Shown here: positions 24,662-35,348 of the stretch, piece by piece
Numbering within the stretch: position 1 is the stretch's first letter
How the letters are laid out: each line of letters begins with the position of its first letter
Assembly: GCA_030390025.1 (NCBI GenBank)
Contig: CM059432.1
Coordinates: 88,166,001 to 88,230,000 of the forward strand
Length of the DNA: 64,000 nucleotides
Direction of reading: 5' to 3'
DNA from: Squalus acanthias
Lineage: Eukaryota
Notes under the pieces: generated by a model
The model's input: the letters and a program-made list of their open reading frames with translations, nothing else
Told to the model about the DNA's origin: nothing
Database searches by the model: none
Program-made: the position numbers and the translations under genes

Positions 24662-27246
24662 ATGGATGCCACTTACGCTGTTTCACCTTGGACCTCAGAT
24701 GAGGACCAATTTGAGCACCAGCAGCAACAACACCAGCAGAACCAGCAGGATTAGTAGCAGCCTTCTCCTCACTGACCTGATGCTCCACAGGAGAAAGGGG
24801 ATGAGCACAGGACTGCAACTTGCTGGAAGCAATACCCACAACACACAGGGTATATAGACAGAGGATCAGCTTCCTGGACATGTCCAAACACCAGTGCCTC
24901 AGGAGGCTCAGGGTATCGCGTCAGGTCGTGGCAGACATTTGTAGCCTGCTGGAAGAAGACCTGCTGCCAAGTGGACCTGGTGGACATGTAAAATTCGCAA
25001 TTATCGTGATTCGAAATAACGAGATAAAGCAGATTCGTTTCATCAGTTTTATTTCAACGAAATGCTGTCATGATTAAACAGGACACAGAAGCCTGTAAAA
25101 TGGCCGCCGCGCCTCGTGGCAGAAGCTTCCAGAATTTTCAGTGGGCAGACAAAATGGCGTTCGAATATACATTTATAAGTAATACGCAGCAAACACTGAT
25201 AAAGACAGGATGCAACCTGTCTGCATTCGACACAATAGCAAGAGATAAGTGCTGGAATCGTTTTCCATGCACAAGTAAGGACCATTGTACTGGGCAATCG
25301 AAGGCCCAGCCAGATACATCAATACGCAAATTCCCCACGGCTCTACAATGAGAGAGCCATTCTCGGGTGATTAAGTCAGTATTCGAGTGGGCCCCAAAAC
25401 CAGTCAGGGAGACTCCTAGCCAGTTCGACAATGGGGAAAACATTAATGGATAGTTGGCCAGTTTCAGGTGCTACCAATACCCATTAAAGGAAAGAATCGC
25501 CCCATGCTGGGAGTTTTGTGCACCAGTATTACACAAAGGACAAACATCAAGATTTGAGCGGGAGATAAGGGAACACAGCACTATAACTATAGTGAACAAA
25601 TGTCCATCGGTCTCTTGATTCGACTCTTGACTCGGGCTGAACTCTTGCTTATGTCTCTTATCTGGCTGATGACTGCTGAACTCTTATTCGCTTGCCGCTT
25701 CATGGACTCGCTTGACTGGTGAGCTTTTGATTGTCTCTCTGGACTTCTACAACCGTGTCCGAGCACTGTCGAGTTCTTCATGACAACGGGGAGCCCAGCC
25801 TGCTTGCCGGAGCAGAGAAGATAAACAAGTGGGGTACAGAGACCCCTTCCAACACGTGACAGTCAGGTGTTGCAGCAAAACAAGCTGAGTGCCTTACTTT
25901 AAAATTCTCCGAAGTATCACGAGTGGTGAGCATGTTTCCTCGATCCTACAAATCTAGATTAGTGTAGGTATTGATAGGGGAGGGTGATTTTATTAAGGAT
26001 AAATATAATGTGTTCCCCTTTTTACGATGTGCCGTGCGATCCTCATTACCCTAGACCAAGTTTTATGAATGTATGTATACTTGTACTGTCATTAATTTGT
26101 GCCTATGACATGTACTTCATGATTTTGGACGTTACGCAATAAAGATTTCCATTTCGTACTATTCAACCAGGTCTATCTGAGTTTTTCTCTGCATTACTGC
26201 TCTCGCACCTAAGTCCAGTGTTAGAACCGTAAGGGCGAGTGGGTCGAACCACTCACAGGTGCTTATTGCAACAAGGCTGGCCGGAGACCAGAGCAAGCAA
26301 TAGTATTAGGCAACGAAGGCCTAACCCCGCACAAGCACCTACGAACCGAACCCCTTGCAGACACGCGTTACCGGTGGCTGTCAAAGTGACCACCGCCCTC
26401 AACTTCCTCACCTCAGGCTCCTTCCAGGGACCTGCAGGAGATATTTGCAGGGTTTTGCAGTCGGCCGCCGACAAATGCATCACCCAGGTGACCGATGCCG
26501 TGTTTACCAGGGCAGGCGATTATGTACACTTTGCCACCAATGAAGCCAGTCAGAATGAGCGGGCGCTCGGGTTTGCAGCTCTGGCTGGCTTCCCACAGGT
26601 GCAAGGCATCATTGACTGCACACATGTGGCCATCAAGGCACCCGCAGATCACCCAGAGTGTTCATGAACAGTAAGGGCTTCCACTCCATCAATGTGCAGC
26701 TCGTCTGCAACAACAAAAAGATCATCATTCAGGTGTGTGCCAGACTCCCAGGGAGCTGCCATGATGCATTTGTCCTGCGCAAGTCCACCCTCCCTCAGTT
26801 ATTCGCACTTCCGACCAGACTTTCTGGCTGGCTGCTTGGAGACGAGGGGTATCCACTGAAGACATGGCTGTTGACACCCTTGAGGAGGCCAAACAATGAG
26901 GCTGAAGAGCGCTGCAATCAAAGCCAAATGACGACGAGATGTGTAATAGAGCAAACAATTGGGATGCTGAAGATACGCTTCAGATGCCTGGACAGATCTG
27001 GAGGACCCCTTTAATATACACCAGCCAGGGTTTCCAGAATGATCGTGGTATGCTGCTCTCTGTATAACAGCACAGCAGCGAGGATTGGAGCTGGTGGAGG
27101 AGCAAGGCACAGAACACCGATCCTCTTTGGAGGAGGACGAGGAGCAGGACCAGGAGGAGGAGGTGGAGGAACGTAATGTGGAGATGGCACCAGCAGTGGC
27201 ACACATACCTGCGTGGGATGGCCTCATAATGGCACGATTTAGTTAG
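24662..27246 (+). pseudogene. Harbinger transposase B, interrupted by a solo LTR, with stops and frameshifts
   Basis: VYRQRISFLDMSKHQCLRRLR...[46 protein letters not shown]. Confidence 0.9.
24987..26359 (+). mobile_element. Solo LTR (1373 bp) of an LTR retrotransposon or endogenous retrovirus
   Basis: TGTAA...TTGCA termini; 4-bp TSD GACA at 24983-24986 and 26360-26363; TATAA at 25582 and AATAAA at 26138 give the orientation; removal restores the transposase frame. Confidence 0.85.
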
Positions 27247-27529
27247 GTTGCACCAGTGCACCCATCTGGCACCCAGATGGTGAACCCACTTTCCACACCC
27301 CCAACCACAAAGCAGTCCTACAATGACCAAATCATTCCTTTCACAGACAACCATTGCTTACAGTTAAGTCATGTCTTAACATTCATTACAAGTGACAAGG
27401 CCACTTGCCAGACAGCAGGCAGAAATGGGCAAGACGGGAAAGTGGTGCAAAGATATAATTTTATGTGCCTGCAAATGTCAACCTAACCTTCACGGTGCAA
27501 CATTGCCTAACACACTCATGTGCACACCC

Positions 27530-29613
27530 TTGTGCATCTTGAATTCTTTCATCTTCCCCTTCCTACCACTTCTACGTCATGCAAACCCTGTGACTTCAGC
27601 AGAGGTAGAGGTTGGCTGCTCACTCACTGCTCTGACTGCTGAGATGCTTTTGGCAGACGTCCTCTGGGTTTTGGAGCCCGTGTGGGCCCCACCAAAGTCT
27701 GCTCCACCTGCACCTGTGCAAGGGCAGACTCGGCCATCGGGACACGAGGCAGCATGTGGGGCTCTGACTGCGGGGTGGGGGGGCGGTGGAATGGGTGAGA
27801 AGTGGAAACGCTTTAAGCAGAGTCCCCACTTCTATGTCCCCTTTCACCATCGTCCCTCTCATGGGCCACCCACAGTTCCCTGCTAGCAAGGAGCTGGCGA
27901 GCACTTTAATGCACATCCTTGTTAAGGTGGCATGCAAAGTGTGCAAGCTGTTGGTGAGAGCAAGCATGCACTCGTTTGAATGCCACGTTTGATGCTCCAT
28001 GCAGGTGGCCACCCTTTGCATGGACGAGCACATCATTCCCATGGCCTGCGACATCATGCCAGTCATGCTTGAGATGGAATCCTCCATTCTCTCTGCAAGT
28101 GTGCACATCGTGGCTGGAAATTCTGCCAGAGCCTTACGCATTTTTTGCTGCGCCTCCAGAATCAGCCTCTTTATCAACGGACCCTGAGGTCCATGCCTGG
28201 GGCATGGTAGCATAGTGGTTATGTTACTGGTAGTAGTAATCCCAGAGGCTTAGCTGCATAATCCAGGTCAACATGTGTTCAAATCCCACCATGGCTGCTG
28301 GGGAATTTAAATTTAGTTAATAAATTTGGAATAAAAAGCTAGTATCAGTAATGGTGACCATGAAACTACTGGATTGTCATAAAAACCCATCTGGTTCACT
28401 AATGTCCTTTAGTGGAAGGAAATTTGCTGTCCTTACCCAGGCTGGGCCTATATGTGTTTGATTTTTAACTGCCCTCTGAAATGGTGGCAATTACGATGGG
28501 CAATAAATGCTGGCCTTACCAGCGACACCCACATCCCGGGAATGAATTTTTAAAAAGCTAGCTGAGCAGAGCTTACAGCCTCCGACGAGGACTTTCCACT
28601 GCTGTGTCTGTCTGCTCTTGCTCACATGTGATCTGTGAGACACCAGGTGACAACTCTACAATCTGACTTAATGGTCCCACGGACATGTGCGCTGGTGCTT
28701 GGTATGCACCCTCAGAGTCCGCAACCTCCTCTGGGGAGTCTTCTTCCTCCTCTGACTTCACTGGCTGTTGGACACTTGATGGGCCTGTGGGAGAGTAAAG
28801 ACATGAATTAGAACTGTCATGGTAAGAATGGTTTAAGTGCACATGATCATATTTCAACGGCTGCTGACATCAAGTCAACATGAGTGACTGCTGTATGCCA
28901 TGTAGCTGTGTGATATTTAATTCAGTCACCAGGTAGCTGGGAGCTCCCCGTCTCTCCATCTCCCACCGCCATCAATGCTGATACTCCAGTTATCTCTAGT
29001 GCCTCCTCTCTGCAGCTGTCAGCATTGTTATTACTGGAGGGCCACCGGTTCGGTGCTTCTCCCAGGTGTTCTGTGCTTCCTTATCCTGCAGGAAGGAAAC
29101 AAGAGACCTTTGAGTGAGAGTCATGGAATGAGTGGAAGGGATGGATAGCAACATCTGTAGAGGGTGACTATGAGGGAGAGGCATGACATTGCATTAAGAT
29201 GTGGGCGAGTATCAGTGGTGGATGGTCAGATGGAGATGTGAGGAAGTGCATAGACAGAGAGGGATGGATACATCTGCAAGGTATGTCGGTGTGAGGAGTG
29301 ATGTGCTGGAGTAGGCTTGGGAAGGCAGAATGAGGGGCTTGGAGTGACACGCACATCAGGATGTAGTTGAATATGGCATTGTACTCACCTTTCATGACCT
29401 CATCAGGTCATTAAATCTCTTCCTACATTGAATCCAGGACCTCGCCACCACATTCCTGCAGCTCACCTCTGCCGCAATCTCCAGCCATGCCTTCTTGGTG
29501 TCTGAGGCTGGCTTCTTCCTCCCATTAGCAGGGAATAACATCTCCCTGCGAGCCCAAACTCCTTGCAGCAGGTAATCCAGGAAGACATCACTGAATCGAG
29601 GGGCAGCTTTCAT
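27530..29613 (-). pseudogene. Harbinger Myb/SANT-like gene B (3 exons, disabled, SINE in exon 3)
   Basis: AAPRFSD...AWLEIAAEV...WIQCRKRFNDL; donor GTGAGT after 29389; exon 2 starts at 29085 (DKEAQN); heptad-rich C-terminal exon. Confidence 0.85.
28200..28557 (+). mobile_element. tRNA-headed SINE with LINE-derived 3' tail
   Basis: A-box-like TAGCATAGTGG and B-box GTTCAAATCC; tail matches the LINE end at about 21255-21318. Confidence 0.85.
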
Positions 29614-30093
29614 ACGTTGAGACTGCAGTTTTTGTTCTCCCGTCAAAGCAATGTCTCTCCAACCTCCACCAAACTTCAACTGTCATCTTTGCAGTGCTCC
29701 TTTAAATCATAGGGCTAATAATTCGGGGGCATTACGCCACCCGTTACTGTCAAAATGTAGCAAAAAGAGGGTCACCGCTCTTTCACCAGCTGATGGCGGG
29801 TCCCGTGGCATGGGGCATTTTCCGAGACATGGCAGCGCTGCTGGTAAGAGCGATGGCCCTACAAATTTAAATTAGGGAGCGGTGATGTGCAACACCGACT
29901 TAACGTCACCTCGGCAATCTTGGACCTTAGCGCTGGGTCTTAAGCTCGCCATGAAAACCCAGCATTCAGCAGACTCACAGAGGCGCTGTCAGCACCTCTT
30001 AAAGGGGCACACACATCTTTACGCTTTTGGACTGGATTTCTTTGATTTGATTGAAGTAGTGTCTTGCTGCAATACATGTTAAAAGTTTTTTTA

Positions 30094-30567
30094 AAGAAAG
30101 AAAGACTTGCATTTATGTAGCGCTTTTCATGACCACCGGATGTCCCAAAGCACTTTACAGCCAATGAACTACTTTTTGAAGTGTAGTCACTGTTGTAATG
30201 TCGGAAACGTGGCAGCAAATCTGCGCACAGCAAGCTCCCACAAACAGCAATGTGATAATGACCAGATAATCTGTTTCCAGTGATGCTGATTGAGGGATAA
30301 ATATTGGCCAGGATACCAGGGATAACTCCCCTGCTCTTCTTTGAAATAGTGCCATAGGATCTTTTACGTCCACCTGAGAGGGCAGATGGGGCTTCGGTTT
30401 AACATCTCAGCTGAAAGATAGCACATCCGACAGTGCAGAACTCCCTCAGTAATAGCACTGGAGTGTAGCCTAGATTTTTGTGCTCAAGTCTCTGGAGTGG
30501 GACCTGAACCCACAATCTTCTGACTCAGAGGTGAAGGCGCTACCAACTGAGCCACAGCTGACACTGT
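30094..30567 (-). mobile_element. DeuSINE-type SINE (SacSINE1-like)
   Basis: tRNA-like head (TGGCTCAGTTGG, GGTTCAGGTCC), Deu-domain-like core ATGGCACTATTTCAAAGAAGAGCAGGGGAGTT, and L2-like tail ending ATAAATGCAAGTCTTTCTTTC. Confidence 0.8.
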
Positions 30568-30569
30568 GT

Positions 30570-32336
30570 AGGGAGTGCTGATGGACATTTGCAAGGCCTC
30601 GGATGCTAAAGGAAGACCTCTGAGAAGACAGAAAATGCTGAAAATACTCAGCAGGTCAGGCAACATCCATGTAGGGTGAAACAGAGTTCACGTTTCAGGT
30701 CGAGATGCTGCCTGACCTGCTGAGTACTTCTAGCACTTTATGCTGTCATTTCAGATTTACAGCATCCACTCACAGTGGGAAGAGGAAGACGCAGAAGAGG
30801 AAGACGCAGAAGAGGAGGAAGCAGAAAGAAGGATGCAACCCAGACAGCCCCTTTCTGGCCGGGATATCCGGGATGGAATCATTCGCCTGCGGTACCAGTG
30901 ACCACAACCCCAATTCCTCTTTCAACATTTGTTCCACACCTTACCTTTCCTCTGTTATTGACCATCACAGCGTCCTCTTGGCCACGATGCTGAAATAAAA
31001 GCCACCATAAAGCAAACTTTCCAATCTAACTTTATACATATATGCATCCAATATGACATCAAGAAATCAGCTCATCACCCTCATGCATTCTCTTAGTGAC
31101 TGTCTTGTGTGTGTCATGCATTGCTACCCCAGTGGCTGCAGCATGGCTGCTGGAAGCCTGCTGACTTTCAGTGGTGGACACTGCAAATGGCCTTGCTGGT
31201 CAACCTTGAGGAGCTCGTGGCTGGGAGTGTCAAATCGAGTGACGCTGTTTTTTTTTCTTCTGCTTCTTCTTCTTCACATTCCTCTCCCTCTTCTTGGTGA
31301 ACCACTGGCTGGGCAGGCTGCATTTCTTGGGTGTGTGAAGAAGGCACAAGGGTGGAGTTGTGGTGAGGAGAAGGCAGGAAAGCAAGAGGTGCATGCCAGA
31401 AGGAGAATAATGTATGAGGATACCAGCATCTTGTATCCTTTCTGCCCCGCCGCTGACCAGTGGCTCAGCCATGCCTCTGCCAAGAATGGCCTGCACCGTC
31501 TCGTCCAAGGGGATGAGGTGAAGCTCGGAATGGGAGATGTGCCTCATGATTGGTACAGATTGCTGGTAGGTGAGTGATTGTGGGGGGGACTCATGTGAGG
31601 CTAGTGATTCAGTTGGTAGGAGACGGCTTTTGAAGATGCATTCACTGACCTTGACCAGTGGTCTGAGGTCATGAAGCTTCTTTGGGCACTGGAGCCAGAT
31701 GGTGGGGTGACACTGCTGGCAGTGACGACCTCGGTGATGTGGTCCCACATCGTTCTTTCTACAGGGCCTCCTGGCCCCTGTGAGTAGAGACCTCACTTGC
31801 AGTGTTGACCTGCTGCACAAAGCTGGAGTGCTGCGTGCGAGACCCTGGGTTCCCCTTCCCTGGCTTGCTGAACCATTTGTATTAGTGCTGAAACACATTT
31901 CCCATATTTTGAGGTGTGGAAGGCAAATCAGCTTTAAGTGCTGAAGATTCCCATTTGGGACTTCTTTTTAATGTTAATCTTTTTTTAAAAGGGCTGAAAA
32001 CTGCATATTTTTACTTCATTTTTATTTTAATCAGTTCAAAAAGCATTGCCTTTTAATGCATTGCCCTTTCAATATCCCACAATGCCTAGGGAACTCATTG
32101 CCTCGCTTCCAGAGGCTGTTGGAAGCTGGAACGCTGCTTCTGGACGGCAACTTCGACTCCCATGTCTGCACTAATGCCACCTGAAGGGTGTTACATGGCA
32201 AGTTAGCACTGGTCTAACAATCTTTAGTCCTCAGCGCAAATATTTCTCTCCTACCACTGCGACCCTTTTCAGCGGCCATTAACCCAAGGCCGCGGTGACA
32301 TCGGCAACTTTCGTGACGACCACTAAGTTCTAGGCC
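30570..32336. mobile_element. Degraded, internally deleted Harbinger copy C
   Basis: Acidic transposase C-terminus at about 30775-30900 (+); Myb exon WLQCPKKLHDL..VK followed by GTCAGT at about 31645-31720 (-); terminus-like AAGTTCTAGGCC at 32325-32336. Confidence 0.6.
30625..30765. mobile_element. Penelope-like element terminal fragment in inverted (fold-back) arrangement
   Basis: ATACTCAGCAGGTCAGGCAACATC and its reverse complement GATGCTGCCTGACCTGCTGAGTAC; same family as 46032 and 54578. Confidence 0.6.
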
Positions 32337-33710
32337 ACAGAATCACAGAAATTTACGGCACAGAAGGAGGCCATTTGGCCCATCGTGTCTGTGGCGTCTG
32401 AAAAAGAGCTCTCCAGCCTAATCTCACTTTCCAGCTCTTGGTCCGTAGCCCTATAGGTTACGGCACTTCAAGTGCATATCCAAGTACTTTTTAAATGCGA
32501 TGAGGGTTTCTGCCTCTACCACCCTTTCAGGCAGTGCATTCCAGACCCCACCACCCTCTGGGTGAAAAAAGTTCTCCTCAAGTCCCCTCTAATCCTTCTA
32601 CCAATTACTTTAAATCTATGCCTTCTGGTTATTGACCTCTCTGCTAAAGGAAATAGGTCCTTCCTATCTACTCTATCTAGGCCCCTCATAATTTTATACA
32701 CCTCAATTAAGTCTCCCCTCAGTCTCCTCTGTTCCAAAGAAAACAACCCCAGCCTATCCAATCTTTCCTCATAGCTAAAATTCTCCAGTCCTGGCAACAT
32801 CCTCGTAAATCTCTCTGTATCCCTCTCTAGTGTAATCACATCTTTCCTGTAATGTGGTGACCAGAACTGTATGCAGTACTCTAGCTGTGGTCCAACTAGT
32901 GTTTTATACAGTTCTAGCATAACCTCCCTGCTCTTATATTCTATGCCTCAGCTAATAAAGGAAAGTATCCTGTATGCCTTCTTAACCACCTTATCTACCT
33001 GTCCTGCTACCTTCAGGGATCTGCGGAGATGCATTCCAAGGTCCCTCTGTTCCTCTATATTTCTCAGTATCCTACCATTTATTGTGTATTCCCTTGCCTC
33101 GTTAGCCCTCCCCAAATGCATTACCTCACACTTCTCCGGATTGAATTCCATTTGCCACTTTTCTGCCCACCTGACCAGTCCATTGATATCTTCCTGTAGT
33201 CTACAGCTTTCTTCCTCACTATCAACCACACGGCCAATTTTTGTATCATCTGCAAACTTCTTAATCATGCCCCCTACATTGAAGTCTAAATCATTGATAT
33301 ATACCACAAAAAGCAAGGGACCTAGTACTGAACACCGTGGAACCCTATTGGAAACAGCCTTCAGCCACAAAAACACCCATCGACCATTGCCCTTTGCTTC
33401 CTGCCACTGAGCCAATTTTGGATCCAGCTTGCCACTTTCCCTTGGATCCCATGGGCTTTTACTTTTCTGCCCAACCTGCCATGTGGGATCTTGTCAAAAG
33501 CCTTGCTAAAATCCATGTAGACTACATCAAACACATTACCCTCATCAACCCTTCTTGTTACCACCTCAAAAAATTAAATCAAGTTAGTCAGACATGACCT
33601 TCCCTTAACAAATCCATGCTGACTGTCCTTGATTAATCTGTGCCTTTCGAAATGACCATTAATACTGTCCCTCAGAATTTTTTCCAATAATTTGCCCACC
33701 ACCGAGGTTA
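32337..33710 (-). mobile_element. 5'-truncated CR1 LINE
   Basis: VVYMDFSKAFDKIPH, KFADDTK, LEYCIQFWSP; ACAGAATC tail at about 32337-32350. Confidence 0.92.
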
Positions 33711-33920
33711 AATACCTGAGCTGAATTGGACCTATGTGTGATGTCATCACGCCCGCTCACGTTAATTGGTCGGGAAACCCGGAATTCAGATGCAAATGCA
33801 GTGGTTTCATTAAAAAGCAACTGACAAACGTGCTGCTGAAACTTCCGGGTTCCCCACGCGATCCAGGGCTACCCCGCTGCCAGCGCGTTGGCAGGTAAAA
33901 ATTCTGGCCAGAGATTCAAT

Positions 33921-34368
33921 GGGGTGGATTTTAACTTGGAGCAGGTTTCTGGTGGGGAAGGGGCTGTCTGGGCCAGGGCAGCTGCAACTTTCCTTGTGGA
34001 GCCTGGAGGAGTGTTCCTGCTTCCTCCCGGACCTATTAAGAAATGTTTTGATTTAGCTGGAGGGCCACATTTTCCTGTCCACCAGCTGCCAACCTCCTTC
34101 AGCCTGGCGGGAGCTGCAGCAGTTTCCCCCTCGCAGGCCCCTGTTAAAATGTCATTGGGGTCCAATTCATGTATTAGGACCGTGGTTTGCATAAACCCAT
34201 GAGGCTCCCACCTGCTTTAGGTGTGAGCCTCGTTCAGTTGGAGAACCCTGCAGGTTAATATCAGAGACAACGAGAAAGGATCGAGTTCTGAGCGAGTAAG
34301 AAACCTATGTGTTTTTAACTGTCCACCTGCCCGCTATCCACCAGCTGGGTAGGGCTAAAATCGACCTG
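33921..34368. mobile_element. MITE-like element with Harbinger-type termini
   Basis: GGGGTGGATTTTAA...CTAAAATCGACCT imperfect TIRs; no TSD visible. Confidence 0.55.
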
Positions 34369-35348
34369 TTCATCTTAGCCATGCACTAAATTAGAAAGAT
34401 CCAGCATGTAAAAAGTAAAAAGCGATAATTAGAGGCTCCGGAAAGTCTAAAATCAATTTACTGATGTAAGTGATGTTTGTGTATGACTGGATTAGCACAG
34501 AAACTTTTCCTTTAAATTGTGACAGATTAGTACATCTTGCTTCATTTAAGTTCGAAAAGGAGGCAACCACAGATGTGCATGTTTGTAGGCGGGGAAGATT
34601 TGGAGAGACAGCAGGCTGAGGCCAACTGGAAATATATCAGTAGCAATGGATGTTCATGGCAGTCATATGACTCTTACAGAAAGCATTCCTTTCACCAGTA
34701 CATGATGACCTTGCATTTTTTGGTATCTGTTGACCCAAATAAATGTCAGCAGAGTGCATACCTTCAAAGTGCTTAATGAAATTAAACTAGAGAGAAGTCA
34801 ACATTATTATTACACAATCATAGCATTTCTTCCATTCATGGTGACTGTCTTAAGCTTCCAAATAAAAGCAGAATTCAGGAACCATAAACAAAGGCAAAGA
34901 AGTACCACAGAACGCATTGGGATAGAACTTGGACCTTGCTGGGTCCATTTTAAGGTCAATTTCAGGGAACAATGTTTCATAGAATCATAGAATCATAGAA
35001 GATAGGAGCAGGAGTAGGCCATTCGGCCCCTCGAGCCTGCTCCGCCATTCATTGAGATCATGGCTGATCATCCAAATTCAGTACCCTGTCCCTGCTTTCT
35101 CATAGAAACATAGAAACATAGAATCTAGGAGCAGGAGTAGGCCATTCGGCCCGTCGAGCCTGCTCCGCCATTCAATACGATCATGGCTGATCATCCAAAT
35201 CCAGTACCCTGTCCCTGCTTTAATCCCCACAGTACACATATCCCACCCTACCCCCGTAACCCCACGTATTTAATTCCCCCTAACATATCCCATCCTATCC
35301 CCATAACCCCACATATTTAATCCCCCCTAACACTAAGGGTCAATTTTA

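Larger units (their letters stand above)
24616..29975. mobile_element. PIF/Harbinger copy B (divergent subfamily; left TIR not found), carrying a solo LTR and a SINE
   Basis: Plus-strand transposase and convergent minus-strand Myb gene; candidate right terminus GAAAACCCAGC near 29963-29973. Confidence 0.8.

Noticed and set aside
22806..24754. Long ORFs (582, 365, 285, 281 and 279 aa) with 7-aa periodicity
   Set aside because: Artefacts of a stop-free 21-bp satellite, open in several frames on both strands
30490..30567. tRNA gene (also 28200-28290)
   Set aside because: A/B-box-like motifs are heads of SINEs and continue into SINE bodies; no convincing cloverleaf
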